From positions 7,440,001 through 7,504,000 of the forward strand of contig CM120647.1 in the NCBI GenBank assembly GCA_051362555.1: a stretch of DNA of 64,000 nucleotides, given 5' to 3'. A program made the translations under genes and the position numbers. How positions within the stretch are numbered: position 1 is the stretch's first letter; each line of letters begins with the position of its first letter. Shown here in pieces: positions 49,557-61,433 of the stretch. Under the pieces are notes generated by a model that saw nothing but the letters and a program-made list of their open reading frames with translations, was not told the DNA's origin and did not search any database. Origin of the DNA: Lingula anatina. Taxonomy: Eukaryota; Animalia; Brachiopoda.

Positions 49557-51924
49557 ATGATGCTTAACGATGCTCTGCAGATTGTAGTATAATAATCAAT
49601 AGAAGACAAACAAAACAGCCACAAAAAATCAAACTAAGTCTGACTTTTACAGATTGGCTCAAAATTTTCCGTATTTTCATCACAGTCCATGAGACCCTGG
49701 CGACCTGGTGAAGACTCACAAAAAAAAGAAACCTACCTGGACAACCGGAAGCAGTGCAAGAACCTCCGCCTCCTGAACCTGGTCTATGACGTCACACCTC
49801 CAGAATTTGTTACCATGGTGATTACAGAAATTGCACCTCCGTTCCAGTCGTCTTGATTGTCAAACAGACGGAGACACCCCAATAAGCATGGACAGGCAGA
49901 TACAGCGCCACCTATTTTTCAGAAACATTATGATGGGTTCAGAAAAAGACCCCAAAGGGGATTGGGAGGGACGGGGGATGAGGACACAACGAAGCTCATG
50001 AATCATATTTTGTAAAAGTGGAATACTGGAATACTGGAAAACTAAGTATTTTCCATGGGTGTGGGGTAGAAGCAGTGGCTGCCTCCTTCCATCCAACTAC
50101 CCCCTACTTGGTAACTTTATCCAGCTTGGTATCTTTTTGATGAGATGGTTGTTTATGAAGATATAGATTATGATTGATAATACATGTATGCCACTTCTTA
50201 AGATTTTTAATTGATTTGTTTCCAACAAATACACTTATGTGCACTATAACAGTAACAGTAAGTACTGTAATCATGGACTAATTTTAGGGGGTTAATTTTA
50301 TCCGTCACAAAAAAGCAAGTGGTTAGACTCAGAGAAACTAACTTGATTGCTGTCAAGGGGGATTGGCTTGGGCTTTTTAAGTGGCAGTGCCTGAGCAGTT
50401 ATGCAAACAGATACCAGTCATGTAATCATCCTTCAGATTTCATCACAGGGTTACAAACCAAATGATAGTCTATTTGTCTAAAGACATATATGTGAATATC
50501 TTGTGAAAAATCAATCTGTGGCCCAAGTAGAGGGTACCAATTACCCATGTCTGAGTGTTCAGGTTGGTAGTTTTCATATACAGACACTGTAAGTGTCTGT
50601 GTATATTCTTGTCGGTTTGTCTGTCTGCCGTCGATGTCCAACACGCGCCGTTCGCCCAATAACTGCCAAACCGTATTTTTTTATGTACTTTAAATTTTCT
50701 GTAGGAAAGCGAACGAAAAAACGACTATAAATGTAGTTCAGATAGTTATTTCATAACATAATAGTTGCAAAAGAGATAAAAGGCGCAAAATAGAATATAC
50801 GGTTTGGTAAAAGCCTTCGAACAATTAAATCAGATATACAATTAACGTTGGATATTTTTGTTTTGCCTTGGATTGGCTTCGTGGCCAGAAAGCAACATTA
50901 AAAACTCTATCTACGGGTATGTGCCATATATGACACAATGTAAACATGCGCTGTTAATCAAATCCGCACATGGCCAGCTGTGTCATACTGTAGCAATTTG
51001 TATGTTTATTGATAGACTATGTTTATATTAAGCCTACAGATTTTAATAGTCATACCGAAAAGTGCCCTTGGCTATTTCTCTTTTGGTCTTTAAATTATTT
51101 TCTTTGGTACATGGTTTTTATTCCTAAACATGCTAATATAACGTTCGGTGGGGTGGGGTGGGGTGTGGGTGATTAAAAACCAATGTTTATTGGTTTAAAC
51201 GGCCATGTGAAGTATCCATGAGATCGACTGGTACGGTGATAGTTCTCGGCATGAATTGAAAAAGATAAATTGATAAATTGCAGGGTATTCCCAAGTATAT
51301 TAATTGCTTATAGTTCGCTTTTCTCTTATGCTCCCCTTCCCACCCTGACCTCTTGAAATAAATACTCATTTCTTTAATATGAAAGATATGAGAGCGTAAA
51401 TTAACTTATCTCAACTGCACTCCGGGGCATCATTCCTAAAGAGAGTGAACGTTTTAAGTCACGTCACTGACGCTTATGTTTTACATGACGTTTTTATTAG
51501 TGTTTCATATCACTGTTGGCTGCTTTCTCTGTTCGAGGGTACACGTACAATACCATAAACCAGAGAAAATAATGTAGCATGCCATATATTTATGCCGATA
51601 TTAAACTAAATATTTGTGGCTCACATTTTCACTTTTTATTTAATTTTTTTTTTTTTTTTTAACATGGAACATAATATTTTAGGGTTAGAGTGTCTACATC
51701 TGTAGCGGTGTTTTAAAGGGTCAGGAATTTAACAGGTTTGAGACGCACCATCATGACGAGTGAGGACCCCCCCTACTCACACAATTATCCACATATTATG
51801 ATGTATGAACACATGATGCAGAGCACGCCATATAAGATATCGTTATAGTATTAGAATCCTAAAGGAAGTCACGCAGCAAAACTTTTGTGTTCTTTAAAAA
51901 AATGTGAGAATATATTATAGCAAA

Positions 51925-52845
51925 TACAATACGAGGAGGATTCCCCTGCAAAATAGGTGTGGAAATGCTTTCGTCAATCAGTAAAATATATTGTGTAATG
52001 GTTTATAGACGTAATGGCCCCTTGACTTAATTTTGGGTTATGTTAACAAACTATTCTAAGGGAATATATCTGTATAATAGCAGGTATATGGAGGTAAAAC
52101 ATAAGCAAAAATGTCAAATGTAGGGATATTGACCTTTGAACTTGAAGGAAATGAGCACTTACAAGGTCATGTGAAGGTCACGGGTTAAATTTGATCCCAT
52201 ATTCTGAAAGAGCATGTGCGAAATCGGGGGGGGGGGGGGTCAACAAAACATCACTTTTAGCCCACGTCAATATTTCTCCATGAAATAGCTAAATGACCTT
52301 GAAAATGAGGGTCAAGGTCAAATTTTACATTTGATTTGGCGATTTGGGGTATATGTTTGGGGTAGTTTACTATAGCATGCTATGACCAAAAAAAAGTATT
52401 TCATGGAGAAATTGCCAAAGTCACGATTTCTGCAATGTCATAAATAGTTTAAAATCTATATTAAAAAAAGTAATTAGGCAGTTGCTACGAAAGTTTAGCT
52501 AACTTTAGATAAATAATTATCATAGGTAGCCTATGGTAAGACTATGCCATAGACCCAGTTTCAGTGACCTTGACCTACTTTTCAAGGTCACAGGGGTTTT
52601 TAATTGTAATGCATTTCTTTCTAACATTCAGTTTTCATACGTTTTTGGTAGCCTCTAAAAGTTTTAAACCTAAAAAATTGGAGGACATGACAGAGTCAGT
52701 CAAGGACACGTTTGGGGAACACGTTTGAACACGACATGATGGACATTTACAGGTGAAGGACCAGAACAAAGCTTCTTGTAAACAGTTTAGAACCAAGGGA
52801 CCGAATTTGATTTGAGGACCAGAAGAGAGGCTTAACACACGTCTA
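51925..52845. mobile_element. Helentron/Helitron-associated repeat remnant(s) rich in TGACCT/AGGTCA motifs
   Basis: Multiple tgaccttg...aaggtca motifs (52130-52180, 52294-52320, 52565-52590); unit-specific sequence; boundaries uncertain. Confidence 0.4.
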
Positions 52846-53109
52846 CCTCGTCAAAAATAGCTTGACGTTATTGGGGAATATTTTATTTCTTTCCTCCTTC
52901 TCTCATGGTGCTTCTAAACTCGATAATACAAGTCTGGGATCCGGAGAAGTAACCTAAATGGCACAAACATGAACATCATTGTTTCAGAAAACGTCCGGGT
53001 TTTAATCTGCTTCTCCCCACAGGTTATCGTATTGTTAATTGTCATTTTCTTTGCAATAAAAACACCAGTATAAAGTACGTCTGATCTCTGCTTCTCTTAG
53101 CGCGTATAG

Positions 53110-53700
53110 TTAGCGAAAGAGTTTAGGAAACAAACAAGCCAATGCTACAAGCAAATTAAGTACCCAAGGCACTCTACGGGCGCATCCCCTGTTACAAACA
53201 AACGTGCCGTTTCCAGATGTAGAAGTAGCCGGCAATGCTGCGTCGGAGACGTTCCCGGATGTGCGATTAAACACGACGCTTGCATCAAAAGGTATGTTGC
53301 CAATGGACAGCTGGCTGCCAATGTCTTGAATATAAGCCGCAACTCGATCTTCAAATCGTTCGAACCAACGCAGGCCGTCAGGGATGCGGGGGACAGGTTT
53401 CGAAAGTTTAACTGGTACACGAACAAGGGTGTATTCTCCATGGAACGACGGGGTGCCGCATCCTGTTTGTAAGCCTAAGTCAAAACCATACGTCCCTTCG
53501 TGTAAGGGGTCGATATAGAGTGAGGACTGGGTCGTGAATAAACTGTCCGAGACGCATGCTTCGAACAAGACGACCCAGTCTTGCCAGCTTTGTACAGGGG
53601 TAAGTTTCAGGGTCAGAATGAACTGCATGTTGACGAAGCCGATCAGGGGTAACAAACATCCCGGGTCATTCTCTTGGCATGAATGCAGTTCGCACGATTT
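53110..53700 (-). CDS. Gene 3 exon 3
   Basis: 591-nt open frame after tttgtttttag, ending VPWVLNLLVALACLFPKLFR-stop. Confidence 0.87.
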   Translation of the reverse strand, partial: KSCELHSCQENDPGCLLPLIGFVNMQFILTLKLTPVQSWQDWVVLFEACVSDSLFTTQSSLYIDPLHEGTYGFDLGLQTGCGTPSFHGEYTLVRVPVKLSKPVPRIPDGLRWFERFEDRVAAYIQDIGSQLSIGNIPFDASVVFNRTSGNVSDAALPATSTSGNGTFVCNRGCARRVPWVLNLLVALACLFPKLFR

Positions 53701-54142
53701 CTAAAAACAAAAGTCAAAAATGTGAATCAAAGATATTACGATACACCTCTTTGTATAAATAGGCGTTCTACAGTAATGATTATTCGCTATTTTGAATAGA
53801 CCGCTTTATTTTTTTTTTATCCGTTCTGAACTTTAAAAAACTTTCTTCTTGATTGCTGCCCATAAAAAAGTGAAAACAAGTCAATTTCAAAGGAGCCTGT
53901 AGCTATTTACGTTGTCAAAAGCATCTCACGGAAAACCGTATGCGATTTCATCGTACCGCGCCCGTGCCAAATGTAATTTAAGTTTTGTCAGGAAGCGGAA
54001 AAATTACATTTTTTTAATAGTTTTAGTCATTCATGACATTAATCTATGACAATATTTAAAGCATTAATTGTCCAAAAATCGTTGATTAAATTCATTTGTT
54101 TGGTGACTTAATTAACCCATGCTAAAATCAGGCAGCATGATG

Positions 54143-54995
54143 TAGGGTGGGGGGTCCATAATTCCAAAAATATGTCAAAACCAGCTAAAACGTTCCTTAC
54201 ACGCTTAAAAACATTATTTCAAATGTTCTTGTTGAAAGATCATTGATAACTCAGCTGCTACTTGCATTTTATGATTACGCGATTTTTAGCACTTTAGCGC
54301 GATTTTCAAGATTTTCTACTGTTTTAGGACTGTCTTACTACAACATGGATGAAAGTTATATTGGTCTGACAAGTTATTTCAAACTCACCAAAGCCAAATA
54401 GATGAAATTTTGACTCCCCCTACAAACCTTTATAAATCTTATTTTATTTGAGTACATGACTTCTACAACCCAATGGCTCCCCTATGAAAAAGCTATTTAT
54501 TTGATAGTTGATTATTATTTCAACATCTTTCCTTTAAGTATACTTTATAAAGAATATATCTATAAATATGAGAAGGTTTGATTGTAAAATACTTGGTGAA
54601 AAAAAATTTAAAAAAATGAAAAATCTCCATTTTCATATCCACGGTATTCGGACTCCCATGAAGAAAAGCCTCATTTTATATTTAGTCACCATACCATTAT
54701 TTTCCACATTTTGCATTGTGACGTATATTTTGTTAGTATTTGAAAGTTTGGTGGTAAAAAATTTTCGTGAAAATTGAAATGATCACCAAATTTCAAATAA
54801 ACAGCTTTTCCATAGGGGATTCATTGTTTGGTAGAATGCACATTTTTAATTTTCTTCTTTTCTCATGAAAACTTTCACATGCAAACTAGCAAAATGTGCC
54901 AATGTATCTTCCATTATGCATACTACAAGATAAAGTTTTGTGGGAGTCGTCAAAATTTCATAGGGGGGGGTCAGATTTTCATTATGAAATTTTGA
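54143..54995. mobile_element. Unit-specific insertion/replacement in intron 2 of gene 3, ending in a hairpin
   Basis: No counterpart in introns of genes 1 and 2; gtcaaaatttcata...tatgaaattttgac hairpin at ~54949-54996; family not identified. Confidence 0.4.
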
Positions 54996-55293
54996 CTGCA
55001 GTTATTCTAAAAGCTGTGCTTGTCGTCGGAGCACTTGGACCGGCATGCATGGTTACCTTTCTTAATAGTTTATTTTGATTCTAAAAAAATCACACTTTAA
55101 AGAAAAAAATTGCAATCGACTAACTATGAATGCCGAAAGTAATTCATTAAAATCCTAAAGTATGGGAGAATGGTCGTTTACCCCAGGAAAATCGTTTTTT
55201 CGGCATTTTTCCTTTCCCCGCCAAATGAAGAGTTGTTATCTTTTTAACAACTTGAGTATATTAACAAATTCTTTCCAAACGTTCCATGCTTAC

Positions 55294-55385
55294 GTCGTGC
55301 TTATTTCCTTGACAGTGCATTTCTTTCTGGAAGTCTATGACAGCGGAGAAACCAAGTGAATCGAATGTCTTGAGATCAATTGTCT
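55294..55385 (-). CDS. Gene 3 exon 2 (ETIDLKTFDSLGFSAVIDFQKEMHCQGNKHD)
   Basis: 92 nt, intact splice sites. Confidence 0.82.
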
Positions 55386-56001
55386 CTGAAAAAGGAACAT
55401 TCTGTTAGGGCTCATTTCCGATGAAACTATCGGTCTACGTAAATCGATGCAACTTCGCAGGGACTCTCACTGAATGCAACCAGATTAAAAGATTTCCACT
55501 TCTCCTGTTGCTTCCGACATACTAGTAAAATCACCATTTTTCTGTATAATACTCAGGAAGAGGCGTGTAATCTTTTAAACTGATTGCATTCATCGAAAAT
55601 CCTTGCGTAGTTGGATCGATCTATACAGACCGACAGTTTCAATATGAACGAGTCCTTAGATACCCACAGAGAGTCAGATATGCTTCTTCTACGGATTGTC
55701 AAACAATGAAACAATGCATTATGTGAACTTAAGTTTTATGAATTTAGCATAAGTAGGATAAATGTAGAAAGAACCTGGCCTGTCATTAAGATGAACATAT
55801 AAAGGTAACATTTCGTACTTCTTTTACTATAATAAACACAAAAAAATATCAAAAACGCGAATTTACCCCTTTCCCTTTAATAAGTAGACTGAATATACAC
55901 AGGTAAAAATGTTATTGGTTTGGTTAAACGAATCATTTCATGCAATTTTGAGTGCTTTTTTATAATCATAAACACACCAAAATTCCAATAACATGGATTT
56001 A

Positions 56002-56045
<44 letters not shown>

Positions 56046-56094
56046 ACACACACAGTTTAAAATTAAGGCAAAACCTATATCATTTACGACATAC

Positions 56095-57322
56095 CGTGTT
56101 CATCACATTCTTGAATTTCTACCTCCATCGCACTGGACACTTGACACAACCAACAAAAAAAGTTTCGTCCAAAGCCGTATCCCAAAAGAGAGCGGTAATA
56201 GGTTATGGACACAGGCTTCGTCTGGCAAAGTGTGGCCAATTCTTTGTCAGCATAAAAGCTGCATCGGTCATCTTCTAGGCCTCTCACGGGGTCGTGACTC
56301 CCCCCTGGACCGATGCAAGGACGCCCTGGATAACGCTCCGGGGGTTCATATAGCACCATACAATCGGGCAACGAGAATACCTTTTCCAGAATTCCCGACG
56401 AAGTTGTTGCATTCACAAACGTTTCGAATTGGGTATTTTCGCAGACTATTTTCGGCGTCCATGCTTGGAAATTGACGACGCCATGACATGCGGCACAATA
56501 GATATTCTTAAAAGTGATATTGTGCTCTTTTGACGAGACAGGTAGAAGAACATCCATATTGGTGGAGAGGCCGCTAAAATCACACTTCGCCCTAACCGCT
56601 GCATCGGCCCATTGCTGCGGACACGACTTAACGACCCAGTAGTACTTGCTGTAAACGTCCAAAATTTCTCGAGTGCCCTGTAACCAACACTCCGTGTGAT
56701 TCGAATCAATTGAAATTACTGTTAGCTTTATGTCTCTGCAGTAACGATCGAGTGGCCAGCAACAATCATCAAAAATAGAACAAACGTCGTCACAGTAGCA
56801 CGTCACCCGTACAACGCCGTAGGACACAACACTGTACGTTGTACTGTCTTTCCTAAGGACGCAAAATGGTCGATTAACGGGATAAGTGATCTGCAGCAAT
56901 TCATCCAGCGGGCCAACTGTTGTTGGTAAATCGACTAGATACAATAACGATGAAATACCTGAACGATTCTCAACCCCTACCCCACTAAAAGATTCTGATG
57001 ATGATGGTGTGTGGTTGTGCCAGGATAGGGTTCCAGTCAAAGCTAAGGTTTCATTTATTCCTCGAAATCCCTTCTTGCTTTCTGCGTTGTTCCTCCGAAA
57101 ACGTTTTTTCACGTTTGACTTCTCGCTTTTGCTTGAAATGCGTTTCTTTCCATCAACTTCTGACATATTTTTGTGAGAATCTGTATCAGGTAAAGGTTTC
57201 CTATCTTCACCCAAAATTGCCAATGAAATACCTTTTGCTCTTTGATTCATCAAGTTAGGTACTAAAACATACTGGTTCCAGGTAATAAAGAAAATAACTA
57301 AAGTTAATATTGGAAAGTTCAT
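56095..57322 (-). CDS. Surface-protein gene 3 exon 1 of 3 (join complement 57322-56095, 55385-55294, 53700-53110; 636 aa)
   Basis: Open frame from conserved MNFP; all Cys motifs intact; phase-1 donor G|GTATGT. Confidence 0.88.
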
Positions 57323-57390
57323 GTTGAACACTTTGTCTGCCTTTCTGACAGATCCTAGAATGCGCTGCGTTTGGCTCTCTCTCCGACTCT

Positions 57391-57394
<4 letters not shown>

Positions 57395-57434
<40 letters not shown>
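57395..57434. repeat. (CA)n(TA)n microsatellite upstream of gene 3
   Basis: Directly visible. Confidence 0.95.
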
Positions 57435-57435
<1 letters not shown>

Positions 57436-58125
57436 CCATGCAACCGTCTCAGGGATCTCTCAGGTACCGCCTTGTAATTATTTTTGCTCAGTGCGCCCCT
57501 GGTCTCTCTAACATGTGAAAAAAATAGCAGCTTCAGCCAATCAGGAGGTTTTATTTTAACTTTGATTTTAGATTGATGTTTTTCCCACAAAAAGACGAGG
57601 CTTCTAACAGTAAGTAAACGTTACACATTAGATCACAGCATTAAATGAAACAGAATGCGTTGCACGATAACAAAACAATGTCAGCATTGCTTTTTAAATT
57701 CAACCCAAATGTGCATGTTTTGGTTGGTCTGTTTGTGGAATATCACCATTGCCTGCTCTCTCCCTTTTTTAATTGTGAAGATGCTTCAGTACTGGCAAGT
57801 ATAATTTTTAACTGGTCAATCATACAGGGCAAAATACCAGACATCTAGAACACCATTCCAGCCATTCCTATACGTGTATCAAGGACAGGGCTTATAAACA
57901 GATTAGGCCTTTCCAACTCGTGTCTCATATTTGAGTGTGAATATTAGCAAAAGAAAAGAGATTATTGTAGACTACAGAATAAATAAAATAAAATAAAACT
58001 TGCGGTGAAATTGCTATATATGTTTGTAATTTCGATTTATTGGGTGTTCAACAAGTAGAGTGGTCTCATCTGAAGTGGTAAACAACGAAAGTGCTAAAAC
58101 GACAAGACAATGAATGCACTTTTAG

Positions 58126-58444
58126 AGGGATAACAAATCTTCGTATGAGATCTATATTTCACAATAAAAACATTTTTTAAAAAACTCACAGAAATACAGA
58201 AAAACTCTACGACGGTTACCACATATTTTTTTTTAATCTGTGCTTGTCATCGGACCACGTGACCTCCAAGGATGTAGTAGATGTCGTAATTGATTATATT
58301 TAAAAAACCCAACTTTAAGAAAAAACAACAGGTACTAACTTTAAGTGTCGGAATGCATTTATTGACCAATGGTAAAGATGAGGAAATTGTCATTTACCCT
58401 CAGGAAAGTCCATTTTATGACCAAAATGAATTGTTGTTATCCCC
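58126..58444. mobile_element. TTAA-type MITE orthologous to 944-1262
   Basis: Same flanks and interior as 944-1262. Confidence 0.65.
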
Positions 58445-60277
58445 TTAAGAAAATTGAGAGCTTTTACTAAAAATGCGCTCATCTTATTAAGTGTTTTAGG
58501 TGTATTTTTAAATAGAGCCCATAATTATTTTTGGTATTTCAGAGGGCGAACGGTAACCTTTGGTACAGTTTAGAACTATGATACAGCTAGTCAAAATTCT
58601 AGTTTCAAAAGAGGACCATTGTTGTGATTTTTTTTCAGAAGTCAAAGGAGGGATCAGGACCCTCCTGACACCCCCCTAAATCTGCTACTGCAACTGTGGA
58701 AAATAAAAACAAATAGGAAAAGACATTAAAGACAAAAAATGACGTGAATTCAATAGGATAATCAGGCCCGTAGCCAGCAGTTTCAAAAGTGTGGTTATTT
58801 TTCGAAACAATGGACCTTTTACAATGAACCCTTCATGTACGTACATCAAATATTATCAAGAATGGCCTTTTTCCCGACCAAAGGGGCGTTTCTTTCTAAT
58901 CCCCCGAACCCTCCATGCAACGGGCCTGGTGATGGATTTCCGTTATTGTATATTATATTATTATCTCAAACGTTTTACAGTCGCCATCGGGGCCATTACG
59001 CATGGAGACACTTGATATATAAAGGCGCTGTTGGGACTACTCTGTGACAATTTTGTGTCACCATAGATATAAGCCATTACACATTAATCTGGTAATACAG
59101 TGGCGGATTTAGAGAGGGGTTCACGTAGGTCTTGACCCCCCCACCCCACACCTTCGATTTCCGAAAAAAAAATCACACCAATGATCCCCGCTTGAAATTA
59201 AAATTTTGACTATCTGAATCATAGTTCTACGCCGTACAAAATGGCACCATTCGCACTCTTAAATACCAATTTTTTCCTGGTCCCTTAAGCGGCTCCTTGA
59301 ACCCCACGCCAATGGGGTGGGGGGGGGGTTGGCTTCGTATTCTCGGACCCCCTTCAAATAATCATGGATCCGCCCCTGTAACAGCGTTTGAGGTATTGTT
59401 CTATCGGTACACGCGGCGCTCTCCTTGTCTAATTATTACATCTGGTTGTGTTTTGGTGAGGTTGGGTTTTGGTGATTTGGGATTTTCAGTGTGGGCAAAG
59501 CGTATAACTTTACTCGTTAGCAGTGAAGGAATGAAAAAGGATGCCTTTTCAAATAATTTCGAAGAATGTTGAATAACAACTGAAAGAATGTTGAATAACA
59601 ACTCGATGAAGCTAAAGATTATTATTCAGTGACGCAAGAGACACTGTAAAGAGCAGCATCGGGTTCCTGCATGCAGCGCAAAACTTCATTATGCGCAAAG
59701 AAAAGATCTATCCACTTGTTATAATTCAACCACACTCTCCTCATTGTGGTTCAGATTTGTTCGTTTTCCAATTCTAAGACACAATAGACTACATCATAGC
59801 TTTTCGTAGACATATTGCGTTTGCAACCTTAGACGCAGAGAGTCATCAAGTATCACTTAAATACCAGTGATCAAAACTCTGAAAGAAGAAAGATAAAAAA
59901 GAAGCTGTGGCACACATAAAATATGCGAGTATTCCTATGGTCACTGTCAACGGATGAATCGACAGATGAAATCATGTACTGAAAGGCGACCCACGTGATT
60001 TCAGCATTTTTGGAATGTCCCCATCTGGTGTCTGGCAAGAAAATTTTCTATGGACCCTTCGCAACTTCGTTCCCCCATTTAAAAAGAATGCCAGTCATTC
60101 TAACCAGCAGACAAGTGCAGCAAGGTGAAAGTGCACAAAATTTGACCTTACTGGGCTGAAATACTTGCCCAAGGGATTTATGCCTGATTCTTTCAGCAGC
60201 AAATATGCAAATCATTTATATGATTATTTTCTCCTCATCTTCTTATATATTTACAAAATTCATATATAATGCATTTT

Positions 60278-60280
<3 letters not shown>

Positions 60281-60318
<38 letters not shown>

Positions 60319-61433
60319 TAATAATAATAATAATAATCTTTATTAGTTCTTGCACAATATTACAAAGGCTTTCACCAAACAATTACATAGTAATTACTTA
60401 GTGTGTATACTTCAATGTTATACACCAATTATCAGAGGTGAAAATTATCCTATTTAGTACCTTCTGTATTTTCATATACATTACTGACTTTAAAATATCA
60501 TACATATTTCTCTAATTTAGTAGGTGGTGATTGGTAGAGAATACCAGATCCTTCTTGGTTACATATTGTTATGTATCTAGCTAGATTTTGTATTGTGTCA
60601 TGATTTCTGTATTGCATTAATGATTTGAATTGTTCAGTGTGGTCTGTGTTTTGGACTTATTGTTGGTTAAGATTCTCTCTTTGTTTTTCATGTTGGGGAC
60701 ATAGCATCATTAAGTGTATTTCATTATCTGCTCCTTGTCTGCAAAGTCTACATATTCTCTTTTAAGGCGGAAGGGGGTGGGTTTTTTTAATCTGCCTCTA
60801 TGTATTCCTAGATCTTGGGCCCCGGTTCTAAATTTTGCGAGGTTCTGGAGTTCCTGTTTTGTCAGGGGAGCATTTAAATATTCTTCGGCTTCATAAGATG
60901 ATTTGTGTAGCTTATATGTTCTCAGTAGTCCATTTTCTCTGTCTAGTTCCTCAAAAAATAGCATTTTGTAGTGGTCGTCGAAAGCCTTGTTCATTTCATT
61001 TTTTATCTATCTGGACGCTTCGTCTGTTTGGTGGAAAAAGTTTGGTAGATTGTGTCCATATTTTGTCTCTAGTTTCCATTCGTTTTTACTTCAAGGGTTT
61101 CACTTTGATATACCTTTTTAAAAGTTGTCTTGCTGGGGCTTCTGTAAATCGTTTTAGGTATGCTGCTGTTTGTTTATATACACTTTTGGTAAGTGGATAT
61201 CTGCCAAGTTCTGCTTTGGCTGCTTGTTACTGCTGTTATGTTGAATTCCCAGTAGTGATTTGCAGAATTTGTTGTGGACATGTTCAAAAGGCACTGTGTT
61301 CATAGATTTGATAGAGTTAAGGCTTTTAGCAATTAGAGTATGTCCCCAAATTTCGCAGCCGTATAGAAGGCTGGGTTTGATTAATGTCACTTTAAGGTGA
61401 ATAAGACTTTTTGCTGTGGAAGATAGTATTTGT
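60281..61433 (-). mobile_element. 5'-truncated LINE orthologous to 21962-23118
   Basis: TLIKPSLLYGCEIWG, FEHVHNKFCKSLLG, LLRTYKLHKSSYEAEEYL, NLAKFRTGAQDLGIHRGR; (ATT)n tail; same insertion site and truncation point. Confidence 0.85.

Larger units (their letters stand above)
39752..49885 (+). pseudogene. EIF2B4: eIF2B-delta pseudogene, copy 3 (exon remnants ~39752-40084, 40309-40404, 41086-41163, 41755-41826 + 47487-47545, 47624-47791, 49059-49243, 49691-49885)
   Basis: [96 protein letters not shown]-stop. Frameshifts (e.g. tgtca duplication at ~49105), deletion fusing two exons, 5.7-kb exonic insertion, last acceptor AG>AT. Confidence 0.92.
32795..57333. repeat. Segmental duplication unit C (expanded by TE insertions)
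   Basis: Same block order; eIF2B-delta pseudogene 3 and surface-protein gene 3. Confidence 0.9.

Noticed and set aside
4788-49885. A functional eIF2B-delta assembled from any one copy
   Set aside because: Every copy has multiple stops, frameshifts, lost splice sites or missing exons; too many to be homopolymer errors.
57323-57439. N-terminal extension MVYIYVCVCVCV... of the 451-aa ORF (and MCRERERE... in gene 2)
   Set aside because: Translation through microsatellites; not conserved among paralogs; the shared start is MNFP.
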